Origin: a virus
Taxonomy: Duplodnaviria > Caudoviricetes
Reading direction: 5' to 3' (one strand)
IMG/VR virus record: IMGVR_UViG_3300032318_000420
Coordinates: 1 to 33,824 of that record
DNA: 33,824 bases
In this document: piece after piece, positions 24,665 through 33,655 of the stretch
Layout: each line of letters opens with the position of its first letter
How positions within the stretch are numbered: the first letter of the stretch is position 1
Made by a program: the position numbers and the translations under genes
Notes under the pieces: generated by a model
The model's database searches: none
Seen by the model: only the letters and a program-made list of their open reading frames with translations
Told to the model about the DNA's origin: nothing

Positions 24665-25755
24665 TGGCCAATACATTTTATAACCGTGCGCTTCGTAAAT
24701 ATGTAATAGGTTTTGGTAATCTATTCAATGAGATTACTCTGGTGCGATACAATCCAGATTTAACAGAAGCGCAACGAATGATTGTGCCCATTGTGTATGC
24801 ACCAAAAGAAGATTATGTGATGCGTTTACAAACTGATCCACAGTTAAACAAAAAGACACAGGTTACATTGCCAAGAATGTCGTTTGAATTAACTGGTTTT
24901 ACCTATGATACCTCTCGTAAACAAAATACCAATGTAAAACAGTTTGCACAGACGGCACAAGGTTTAGTTTCACAATATAATCCTGTGCCATACAATTTTG
25001 ATTTCAATCTGTATCTGTATGTGCGTAACATTGAAGATGGCACACAGATTATGGAACATATACTGTCTTACTTCACACCAGATTATACAATGAAACTCAA
25101 CATGATACCTGAAATGGGTATTGTGAAAAACATTCCTGTGGTACTCAATTCATCAGCACAAGACATTGACTATGAAGGCAACTATGAACGTGATACCCGT
25201 ATTATTATTTGGACATTAAACTTTACAGTCAAAGGTTATATTTTTGGTAAAGTAACTGATACAGGTGGTCCAATCACACATTCAATCACTTCTATCTACA
25301 ATCAGATTACAGAAGATGATGTGATTCAATTTACAATGAATGCCAACTCAGGTGTAGGCACTTATCAAATTGGTGAAACTGTCTATCAAGGATATTCTGC
25401 ACCTCTAGCCGTTGCAACAGGTAAAGTAGTTCGTTTTGATAATAATATATTGTATCTCAGAAACATTAATGGTAATTTTGTTTCTAATATGCCAATCAAA
25501 TCATCTGTTTCACCTACAGCCTATTCGTTTACAGCATTTACACCGACACCACAAAAACTAGTTCAGATAGATACTACACCAACACCAACAGATGCCAATG
25601 CTGCAACACCATATATTGTGGTGACCGAGATATCAGAAACACCAAATATTGTTGAAGGTTTAGATTTACCAATTGATTTTGCTGGTGATGCCATGTTACA
25701 ACTTGGTGAAGATGATTTACAAACACTACAACAAAACCCAACAGACTTACAGTAA
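24664..25755 (+). CDS. gp15: Tail sheath stabiliser / tail terminator gp15 with C-terminal extension
   Basis: FGNLFN, VPIVYAPKE, TLPRMSFE, PVPYNFDFNL, QIMEHILSYFTP and IWTLNFTVKGY; TAATG coupling with gp14. Confidence 0.92.
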   Translation: MANTFYNRALRKYVIGFGNLFNEITLVRYNPDLTEAQRMIVPIVYAPKEDYVMRLQTDPQLNKKTQVTLPRMSFELTGFTYDTSRKQNTNVKQFAQTAQGLVSQYNPVPYNFDFNLYLYVRNIEDGTQIMEHILSYFTPDYTMKLNMIPEMGIVKNIPVVLNSSAQDIDYEGNYERDTRIIIWTLNFTVKGYIFGKVTDTGGPITHSITSIYNQITEDDVIQFTMNANSGVGTYQIGETVYQGYSAPLAVATGKVVRFDNNILYLRNINGNFVSNMPIKSSVSPTAYSFTAFTPTPQKLVQIDTTPTPTDANAATPYIVVTEISETPNIVEGLDLPIDFAGDAMLQLGEDDLQTLQQNPTDLQ

Positions 25756-25766
25756 AGGTAATAGAA

Positions 25767-26489
25767 ATGCCACGCACACTACAATTTAGACGATTGCCTG
25801 CTGCCACATTAGCAAATACAACTGGTGCAATAGGTGAACTTATTGTTAACTCAAACAATTATACACTCACCGTTCATGATGGTGCTTTGCCTGGTGGTTA
25901 TGCACTATTGAACTCAGCAACTGATAGTAACATTGACCAGTTTGCTCGTAACACGGCCAATACTGCCAATAGTAATATTATAATTCTGCAAGGCGTTGAT
26001 ACCACACAGAATACGAATATTACAACTGCCACCAATTTAGCACAAGCTGCGTTTAATACTGCAAACACAGCAAACACTCGCACCGTTAGTAGTTTAGTCA
26101 ATGGTGCTAACACGGTTACTCTTGCCGCAAATGGTGCAACAATATTCCCAGGCGGCAGTCAAATCCGCAGAGGTTGGCCAGGTCGGTCTGGAATTCCTTT
26201 TGACGATTCGCATTGGTTTATGCCACCAGGTGGTAGTAGATTTGGTGGTATTATGAGTGCAGATGGCCAACAATACATACAGACAAATAATTTAGGTGGT
26301 GGTATCTCTATAGGTACCAATTACATTGGCAGCACAGCAAACGTTTGGGTCTTTGGCACAGATGGTACATTAACATTCCCAAACTCATCTGTTCAAACGG
26401 GTGGTTCCATTTCTCGCATTGAACTTAAAGCGTTGGTTGCCAATGCTGCAACCTATGCTGCATTTCAATCTGCAATAGCAGCGTTATAA
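25767..26489 (+). CDS. Short fibre with Mtd_N/hyaluronidase-N-like N-terminus (240 aa)
   Basis: TLQFRR...GAIGELIV.....TLTVHDG..PGG; one QGVDTTQNT unit shared with the first ORF; WVFGTDGTLTFP. Confidence 0.7.
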   Translation: MPRTLQFRRLPAATLANTTGAIGELIVNSNNYTLTVHDGALPGGYALLNSATDSNIDQFARNTANTANSNIIILQGVDTTQNTNITTATNLAQAAFNTANTANTRTVSSLVNGANTVTLAANGATIFPGGSQIRRGWPGRSGIPFDDSHWFMPPGGSRFGGIMSADGQQYIQTNNLGGGISIGTNYIGSTANVWVFGTDGTLTFPNSSVQTGGSISRIELKALVANAATYAAFQSAIAAL

Positions 26490-26508
26490 TCAAACACTAT
26501 ATAATTCT

Positions 26509-26925
26509 ATGAACGACTTGAATAAAAACTTATCTGAAATATTTGATGTCATGCCAATTGAAGAACCTAAAAAAGAAAAACTTCCTGCGGTATCGGTAAA
26601 ATATAATAATCCCGATTTAAAACAAGATTTGACTGATGCCTATCAGCAATCAAAAGAAAATCTACAAGGTATTATTGACCAAGGCCAAGAAGCCATGGAA
26701 GAAATACTTAACATTGCCAAAGCAGGCCAACATCCACGAGCATTTGAAGTCTATGGTGGTCTACTAAAAAATATGGTAGATGCCAATAAAGAACTTTTAT
26801 CTATTCAAAAACAAATGCGTGAGATGGATGAAGATAAGAAAAAACAATCTGGTACCAATATTGATAAAGCCATCTTTGTTGGCAGTACCGCAGAATTAAA
26901 TAAACTAATCAAAGGAAAAGAATGA
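26509..26925 (+). CDS. gp16: Terminase small subunit
   Basis: IIDQGQEAMEEILNIAKAGQHPRAFEV and AIFVGSTAEL motifs; position upstream of gp17. Confidence 0.9.
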   Translation: MNDLNKNLSEIFDVMPIEEPKKEKLPAVSVKYNNPDLKQDLTDAYQQSKENLQGIIDQGQEAMEEILNIAKAGQHPRAFEVYGGLLKNMVDANKELLSIQKQMREMDEDKKKQSGTNIDKAIFVGSTAELNKLIKGKE

Positions 26926-27644
26926 AACTTTGGGTGAATGTTTGTTTTTATTATGTTGAAGAAAGATTAGAGCGGTTCAAAGAAGTAATAAAAACATTAT
27001 CTGCTATACCAAACATCAAACTAATTATTAACAGCAATGTTAATTTTGATTCTAGTTTGCCTATTCATGTTGTAGATTTAGAACATCCATATTGGCATAC
27101 ATGGGAACACAAGAAGTATATGCCAGAGTTTCTCAAATCAGATTATACCCACTTTGCATACCTTGAAGGTAATATTGAGGTAGAAAAGAAAACATTTGAT
27201 TATTGGGTAAATACTAGAGAATTGTTCAAACGCAACAATTTAAATTTTATACCTGCCACTCATCGAGTTCAAAAAGTAAATGGTGAAGTGTTTTCATTAG
27301 ATTGCACACACCACCAAGGCCATCGACCAACAATTACAGTAGAAGGTCAAAAGTTTGTTTCACTATCTGATCCATATCAAGGTATGTTTATTATGGATAA
27401 AGAATTGGTAGAAGAACATATTAACTCTGATTATTTTTCTTTTGGTCAAAAAGGTTCATGGGGTATTCGTGAATCAGCCAATCTAGGCAATATGTTTGTG
27501 AATATTCCTGTAGGATTTGGTCACAGATATATGTTACCACTAAATAATTTCTCCGATACATGGGTGACACACTTTGGTACCGACTACCTTGGTGATGCAG
27601 GTTCACCTCATGCCAAAATAAAGATTGAACATCTATTTCAATGA
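26922..27644 (+). CDS. Glycosyltransferase-like (GT-A-like) hypothetical protein (240 aa)
   Basis: N-terminal beta-alpha-beta pattern; HPYWHTWEHK...DYTHFAYLEGNI where GT-A enzymes have a beta-strand plus (E/D)xD; late VTH. The CDS is solid but the function is tentative. Confidence 0.5.
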   Translation: MKLWVNVCFYYVEERLERFKEVIKTLSAIPNIKLIINSNVNFDSSLPIHVVDLEHPYWHTWEHKKYMPEFLKSDYTHFAYLEGNIEVEKKTFDYWVNTRELFKRNNLNFIPATHRVQKVNGEVFSLDCTHHQGHRPTITVEGQKFVSLSDPYQGMFIMDKELVEEHINSDYFSFGQKGSWGIRESANLGNMFVNIPVGFGHRYMLPLNNFSDTWVTHFGTDYLGDAGSPHAKIKIEHLFQ

Positions 27645-29320
27645 ACACTAAAGATTCTTACCGTGATAACCCCCTACTTAAAAAAGTAGGAGTTGCACAT
27701 GAATATACCGAAGAACAGGTACAAGAATACGTCAAGTGTTCTAAAGATCCAGTTTACTTCTGTATGAATTACATTAAAATTGTAAACGTGGATGAAGGTC
27801 TCATTAACTTTAAGATGTGGGACTTCCAAAAAGAAATGATTAATCTATTTAAAGATAATCGTTTCGTTATTACCAAATGTCCTCGTCAGGTTGGTAAAAC
27901 TACCACAACAGTTGGTTATCTTCTTTGGGCAACTATCTTTACTGATTCTCAAAATGTGGCGGTACTGGCAAACAAAGGTTCTTTGGCTCGTGATATTTTA
28001 GCCAAGTATCAACTGGCATACGAGAATTTACCACAATGGCTCCAACAAGGCGTGGTGACATGGAACAAGGGTAATGTAGAACTAGAGAACGGCTCTAAGG
28101 TTATTGCGGCCTCCACCTCGTCCTCTGCAATCCGAGGCGGTTCTTTTAACATTGTATTCTTAGACGAATTTGCTTTCGTACCAAACAATATTGCCAATGA
28201 GTTCTTTAACTCAGTCTATCCGGTAATCTCATCTGGTAAGTCATCAAAGATTATCATTGTTTCCACACCAAATGGTATGAATCTATTCTACAAGTTATGG
28301 ATGGATTCACTAGAAGGCCGAAACAATTACAAGAACTTTGAGATTCATTGGTCTATGGTACCAGGTCGTGATGATGCATGGAAAGAAGAAACCATCCGTA
28401 ATACTTCTGAACGACAGTTTGCACAAGAGTTTGAAACGGAGTTCTTAGGTTCTTCTAATACCCTTATCTCTGGTTACAAACTGCAACAATTGAGGTATAT
28501 GAACCCAATTGCAGAACACGACAAGATGAAAATCTATGAACATCCTATCAAAGAGGGTGTCAATGGTTCTCTGACCGACCACATTTACTGTATCACCGTG
28601 GATGTATCAGAAGGCAAGAACTTGGACTCCTCAGCCTTCTCGGTATTTGATATATCATCTACACCATATAAACAAGTGGCATCTTATGCAAGTTCGTCTA
28701 TTTCACCTATATTGTTCCCAACGGTGATTGTCAATGCAGCCAGAGTATATAATGATGCTTACATTTTGGTAGAGATAAACAATAATCCTCAGGTTGCAGA
28801 CTTTATTCATGCAGATTTAGAGTATGAAAACCTATTAAAAGTCTTTACTGGTAATAAAAAACCCCAACAATTGTCTGCTGGGTTTGCTCGTGGCGTTCAG
28901 ATGGGTCTAAAAATGTCGCCTCAAGTGAAGTCTGTAGGTTGTTCTAACCTTAAAACATTAATAGAAGGCGATAAGTTATTGATTAATGACTTTGATACCT
29001 ATTCAGAATTAACCACTTTTGAACAATATAAGACCTCATTTGCAGCCGCAGAAGGTGCAAATGATGATATGGCAATGACTTTAGTGATTTTTGCATGGGC
29101 AACCACGCAGAAATACTTTAGAGAAATAGTAAATCATGATTTAAGAAAACAGATTCAGTTGGAAAACATGAATCAATTTGATGAAGAAGTTCTACCCGCA
29201 CCTATTATTGAGAATGGTTTAAAGACCGACTTTATGGTAGAGGGTGGTGACGTATGGGAAGTGGCAGACGGTGGAGATACCTATGCAAATTATACTAGAG
29301 ATTTCTTTAGGAGTATGTAA
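27641..29320 (+). CDS. gp17: Terminase large subunit
   Basis: Walker A PRQVGKTT, Walker B IVFLDEFAF, IIVSTPNG coupling motif, nuclease VDVSEG and NDDMAM. Confidence 0.97.
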   Translation: MNTKDSYRDNPLLKKVGVAHEYTEEQVQEYVKCSKDPVYFCMNYIKIVNVDEGLINFKMWDFQKEMINLFKDNRFVITKCPRQVGKTTTTVGYLLWATIFTDSQNVAVLANKGSLARDILAKYQLAYENLPQWLQQGVVTWNKGNVELENGSKVIAASTSSSAIRGGSFNIVFLDEFAFVPNNIANEFFNSVYPVISSGKSSKIIIVSTPNGMNLFYKLWMDSLEGRNNYKNFEIHWSMVPGRDDAWKEETIRNTSERQFAQEFETEFLGSSNTLISGYKLQQLRYMNPIAEHDKMKIYEHPIKEGVNGSLTDHIYCITVDVSEGKNLDSSAFSVFDISSTPYKQVASYASSSISPILFPTVIVNAARVYNDAYILVEINNNPQVADFIHADLEYENLLKVFTGNKKPQQLSAGFARGVQMGLKMSPQVKSVGCSNLKTLIEGDKLLINDFDTYSELTTFEQYKTSFAAAEGANDDMAMTLVIFAWATTQKYFREIVNHDLRKQIQLENMNQFDEEVLPAPIIENGLKTDFMVEGGDVWEVADGGDTYANYTRDFFRSM

Positions 29321-29331
29321 ATCCTATGAAT

Positions 29332-29339
29332 CATAAATA
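29332..29339 (+). promoter_or_regulatory. T4-type late promoter (CATAAATA)
   Basis: Intergenic between gp17 and gp18. Confidence 0.7.
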
Positions 29340-29391
29340 TCAGTATGGTATTTTAACTGCCAGAATAACATCATATTTAAGGAGATAAAAA

Positions 29392-31116
29392 ATGGCGTTT
29401 CAAATCTCTCCAGGCGTAAATGTTTCCGAAGTAGACTTAACAACAGTCGTTCCTCAGGATACAGGTATTGCCGGTGGTTTTGCAGGAAATTTTGTATGGG
29501 GACCAGCTGGTCTCGTAACACAAGTTACAAATGAAAACGATTTGGTACAAATTTTTGGTCAACCAAATTCAAACACAGCTACCTCATTTTTCACAGCTGC
29601 ATCTTTTTTAGCATACTCAAACAATTTAAAAGTTGTTCGTGCTGTTGGTGCTAATTCTCGTAATGCAACAGCAAATACAAATCCAAATTCAACTAATTTA
29701 TTGGTTAACAACCCAAATAACTATGAATTATTGTTTTTAAATTCTAATAGCAATAACACTTATGGTCCATTTGCAGCCAGATATGCTGGAGGATTAGGTA
29801 ACTCTTTATCAATTTCTTTCATCGATGCTGGTGGCTCTGCTCAATTTGCATCTTGGAACGTTAATGGTGTTGGTGTTTCTAGTTATTTCTCTGGTGCTCC
29901 AGGCACTTCAGCACAAGCTACTGGTCTTGGCGCCACAAATGATGAAATGCACTTAATTGTTTTAGATACTGGTGGTTTATTTACAGGTACAAAGAATAGT
30001 GTTTTAGAAGTTTGGCCCTATCTATCAAAAGGTCTAGACGCTGTTGATTCATTAGGCAATTCAAATTACTACAAAAATGTAATTGCAAATAATTCAAAAT
30101 ACATTTATGTAATGGACCCTGTTGATTATTCAAATACAGTTAGCACATGGGGTCTTCCATTGGCCAATACACAGTATGCAACAGTTAGTGGATCTTATTC
30201 TGTTTCGTTGGTAAAAGGTAATGATTCTCAACCTTCAACTGCAAACGTAATTTCAGCATTTAGTCGTTTTGCAAGTGCTGATGACGTTTCATTGTCTTTC
30301 ATTATAACAGGTGATGCTGATACAACCGTTCAACAATACACCATTGATAGTATTGCTGAGTCGAGAAAAGATTGTATGACATTTATTTCTCCACCTTCTT
30401 CAGCTGTTATCAATCAATTTGGAAATGAAACATCAAATATTATTACTTGGACTGGAACATTAGCTCGTTCATCTTCATATACTGTTGCTGACTCTGGTTG
30501 GAAGTATATGTTTGACAAGTATAACAACGTATATCGTTGGGTACCGTTAAATGGTGATATTGCTGGTCTGTGTATTTCTACAACCACAACAAGAGCTGCA
30601 TGGTATTCACCCGCAGGTTTCAATCGAGGCCAAATTAAAAATGCCGTTCGATTATCTTGGAATCCAAATAAAACTCAAAGAGATACTTTATACTCATCTG
30701 GTGTAAATCCTGTTGTATCGTTCCCTGGCCAAGGTATTATTTTATATGGCGACAAAACGTTACAGATTAAGCCTTCTGCATTTGACCGAATTAACGTTCG
30801 GCGTCTATTCATTGTATTAGAAAAGACAATTTCTCAGGCAGCACAATATTCGTTGTTTGAATTCAATGATGAGTTTACTCGTGCTCAGTTTGTTGCATTG
30901 GTAACTCCGTTCCTACGAGATGTTCAAGGTCGCCGTGGTATCTATGACTTCCGAGTTGTTTGTGATACAACAAATAATACTCCACAAGTCATTGACTCCA
31001 ACCAGTTTGTTGGTGATATCTACATCAAGCCTGCTCGTTCAATCAACTTTATTCAGTTGAACTTTATTGCAGCAAGAACTGGTGTTGATTTTAATGAAAT
31101 CGTTGGTGCAATCTAA
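29392..31116 (+). CDS. gp18: Tail sheath protein
   Basis: SPGVNVSEVDLT, FVWGP, WYSPAGFNRG, FDRINVRRLF and IYIKPARSINFIQLNF; AAGGAG SD. Confidence 0.97.
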   Translation: MAFQISPGVNVSEVDLTTVVPQDTGIAGGFAGNFVWGPAGLVTQVTNENDLVQIFGQPNSNTATSFFTAASFLAYSNNLKVVRAVGANSRNATANTNPNSTNLLVNNPNNYELLFLNSNSNNTYGPFAARYAGGLGNSLSISFIDAGGSAQFASWNVNGVGVSSYFSGAPGTSAQATGLGATNDEMHLIVLDTGGLFTGTKNSVLEVWPYLSKGLDAVDSLGNSNYYKNVIANNSKYIYVMDPVDYSNTVSTWGLPLANTQYATVSGSYSVSLVKGNDSQPSTANVISAFSRFASADDVSLSFIITGDADTTVQQYTIDSIAESRKDCMTFISPPSSAVINQFGNETSNIITWTGTLARSSSYTVADSGWKYMFDKYNNVYRWVPLNGDIAGLCISTTTTRAAWYSPAGFNRGQIKNAVRLSWNPNKTQRDTLYSSGVNPVVSFPGQGIILYGDKTLQIKPSAFDRINVRRLFIVLEKTISQAAQYSLFEFNDEFTRAQFVALVTPFLRDVQGRRGIYDFRVVCDTTNNTPQVIDSNQFVGDIYIKPARSINFIQLNFIAARTGVDFNEIVGAI

Positions 31117-31122
31117 TAAATA
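31115..31122 (+). promoter_or_regulatory. T4-type late promoter (AATAAATA)
   Basis: At the gp18 stop, 22 nt upstream of the gp19 ATG. Confidence 0.65.
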
Positions 31123-31144
31123 ACCACGATATAGGAGAAAACAA

Positions 31145-31687
31145 ATGGCATTCAATGTAGCAGAATTTAGAGCAAATATGATTGGTGACGGTGCCCGTCC
31201 CAATCTATTTCAAGTTACTCTGACTTTTCCAACAATTGCAACAAACAGCACCGCTGCTGGTGCTAAAACAACATTTATGGCCAAATCAGCACAGTTACCA
31301 GGTTCTACCCTAGGTACTGTACCTGTATTTTATTTTGGTCGTGAACTGAAGTTTGCTGGTAACCGCACATTTACTGACTGGACATTACAGATTATCAATG
31401 ACGAGGACTTTGTAGTTCGTAACGCACTCGAATCATGGATGAACGCAATCAACAGTCATACAACCAATGTTCGTAACAGTTCAGCTGTTAATCCAATAGA
31501 CTACACAGTAGATGCTGTTGTAACGCAATATGGTAAATCTGGTAACGAATTGAAATCTTATAAGTTTGTAGGTGTATTCCCACTTGATGTTGCACCAATT
31601 GATTTAGATTGGGGTTCAAATGATGTGATTGAAGAATATTCAGCCACATTTGCCTTCCAATATTGGGAATCTAATACTACAACTTAA
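31145..31687 (+). CDS. gp19: Tail tube protein
   Basis: GARPNLFQV, AQLPGS, GRELKFAGNRTFTDW...NDEDF and IDLDW; AGGAG SD. Confidence 0.96.
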   Translation: MAFNVAEFRANMIGDGARPNLFQVTLTFPTIATNSTAAGAKTTFMAKSAQLPGSTLGTVPVFYFGRELKFAGNRTFTDWTLQIINDEDFVVRNALESWMNAINSHTTNVRNSSAVNPIDYTVDAVVTQYGKSGNELKSYKFVGVFPLDVAPIDLDWGSNDVIEEYSATFAFQYWESNTTT

Positions 31688-31699
31688 TATGTTTTTGTT

Positions 31700-31722
31700 T
31701 GAGGGACTTCGGTCCCTCATTT
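31700..31722 (+). terminator. Intrinsic terminator with cUUCGg tetraloop
   Basis: TGAGGGAC-TTCG-GTCCCTCA followed by TTT, directly after gp19. UUCG hairpins are typical of T4-like phages. Confidence 0.85.
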
Positions 31723-31751
31723 ATGTTTAATTGAATTGGAAATTATAAAAT

Positions 31752-33428
31752 ATGGCAGCCCAAAATAAATTCTCTCTCTTTGGTTTTGAGATTTCTCGTA
31801 GAAAGAACGAGGAAGAACAACTCGCACAACCATCCATCACACCACCAAATAATGAAGATGGTGCGTTAACCATTTCTTCGGCCGCATATTATGGTACATA
31901 TGTTGACTTAGACGGCACGGCAAAAAATGAAGTAGAACTCATCTCTCGTTATCGTGAGATGGCCATGCAGCCAGAAATTGAGTCTGCTATTGACGATATT
32001 ATGAATGAAGCCATTGTGCAAGATGATGATGGTAAAATCATTGAGATTGTATTGGACGATTTAGACCAACCAGAGAAAATCAAAAAAGCAATCAAAGAAG
32101 AATTTCATACCATTCTTCGTTTGTTTAACTATAAGCATATGGCACAAGATATCTTCCGCCGTTACTATATTGACGGCAGATTATATTACAATGTGATTAT
32201 AGATAAACAAAATCCAGTTGCTGGTATTAAAGAATTACGGTATATTGATCCACGCAAACTTCGTAAAGTGCGTGAGATTAAAAAGAAGAAAGATGAAAGA
32301 ACAGGTGCCGAAATTGTAGATGTATTTAATGAATACTATATCTACAACGATAAAGTGGTAACTGGTTCTTCTTCTAATTATGGACCAGTTGGTGTTCGTA
32401 TTACAACCGATTCTATTCTTTCTGTTGTTTCTGGTCTCATGGACAGCCGCCGTGCAGTTGTGTTGTCTTATCTACACAAAGCAATTAAACCACTCAATCA
32501 GTTACGCATGATTGAAGATGCGACAGTTATTTATCGTATCTCACGAGCACCAGAACGCCGTATATTTTACATTGACGTAGGTAATTTACCTAAATTAAAG
32601 GCCGAACAATATCTGCGTGATATTATGGTCAAGTATAAAAACAAACTTGTCTATGATGCACAGACAGGTGAAGTGCGTGATGACCGCAAATTCTTATCAA
32701 TGATGGAAGATTTTTGGTTGCCACGCCGTGAAGGTGGTAAAGGCACAGAAATTTCTACATTACCTGGTGGTCAAAACCTAGGTGAGTTAGAAGATGTTAA
32801 GTATTTCCAAAAGAAACTGTATCAATCACTTTCGGTGCCAATCTCTCGTTTAGAACCAAATCAAGGGTTCTCAATTGGTCGTGTGGCTGAAGTTACTCGT
32901 GACGAATTAAAGTTTGCAAAGTTTGTAGACCGTCTACGCAATAAGTTTTCTGATATCTTTAATCAGGCACTCCGTGTGCAATGTGTATTAAAAGGCATCT
33001 GTACCGCTGATGAATGGGATCAGTTTAAAGAACACATCTATTATAACTTCATTAAAGATAATAACTTTAGTGAATTAAAAGATGCAGAGTTAATGAGAGA
33101 AAGATTATCTCTTTTGTCTGCTGTAGACCCATATACAGGTCGTTACTTTTCACAAGCATGGATTCAACGTAATGTATTGCGTTTGACAGACGACCAAATC
33201 AAAGAAATGCAAGATGAGATTGATGAAGAAAAAGAAGCAGGCCTTGGTTTACCAGTTGATGTTACCAATACGGTAGCACAACAACAAATGGTTGGTGATA
33301 TACAAGCCGACCAACAAGCCGCTTTGGCAACACATCAAAATGAATTGCAACAGGCACAAGATGCAGGTATGCAGCAAGAAGAATTTAAGTCAGTAGGAAC
33401 ATTTGTTAAATTGAAACAGATATTATAA
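31752..33428 (+). CDS. gp20: Portal vertex protein
   Basis: YLHKAIKPLNQLRMIEDA.VIYRISRAPERRIFYIDVGNLPK.KAEQYL and EDFWLPRREGGKGTEI.TLPGGQNLGE. Confidence 0.98.
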   Translation: MAAQNKFSLFGFEISRRKNEEEQLAQPSITPPNNEDGALTISSAAYYGTYVDLDGTAKNEVELISRYREMAMQPEIESAIDDIMNEAIVQDDDGKIIEIVLDDLDQPEKIKKAIKEEFHTILRLFNYKHMAQDIFRRYYIDGRLYYNVIIDKQNPVAGIKELRYIDPRKLRKVREIKKKKDERTGAEIVDVFNEYYIYNDKVVTGSSSNYGPVGVRITTDSILSVVSGLMDSRRAVVLSYLHKAIKPLNQLRMIEDATVIYRISRAPERRIFYIDVGNLPKLKAEQYLRDIMVKYKNKLVYDAQTGEVRDDRKFLSMMEDFWLPRREGGKGTEISTLPGGQNLGELEDVKYFQKKLYQSLSVPISRLEPNQGFSIGRVAEVTRDELKFAKFVDRLRNKFSDIFNQALRVQCVLKGICTADEWDQFKEHIYYNFIKDNNFSELKDAELMRERLSLLSAVDPYTGRYFSQAWIQRNVLRLTDDQIKEMQDEIDEEKEAGLGLPVDVTNTVAQQQMVGDIQADQQAALATHQNELQQAQDAGMQQEEFKSVGTFVKLKQIL

Positions 33429-33431
33429 ATA
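33424..33431 (+). promoter_or_regulatory. T4 late promoter, perfect consensus TATAAATA
   Basis: Overlaps the gp20 stop, 17 nt upstream of ATG 33449. Confidence 0.75.
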
Positions 33432-33448
33432 TTTAAATTGGAGATAAA

Positions 33449-33655
33449 ATGGACGCAAGACAAATTGTAGATTACGCAGTTAATGATAATGCTAAAGAAA
33501 TGCGTGATGCATTATATGCCAGCATTCATGACCGAGTTACAGCACATTTAGATGCTGCCAAACAGGCTGTTGCACAAAATATGTTTGCACCAGAAGAAAC
33601 TGAAGAAGTTGAAACAGAAGCTCAACCAGAGGAAAACACAGGTGAAAACACTTAA
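33449..33655 (+). CDS. Small acidic prohead core protein, gp67-like by position
   Basis: GGAG SD; helical N-terminus and Glu-rich tail; directly after the portal. Confidence 0.65.
   Translation: MDARQIVDYAVNDNAKEMRDALYASIHDRVTAHLDAAKQAVAQNMFAPEETEEVETEAQPEENTGENT

Noticed and set aside
27641-33428. Intron or intein in terminase, sheath or portal
   Set aside because: The ORFs are continuous, of ordinary or short length, and show no splicing or endonuclease motifs.
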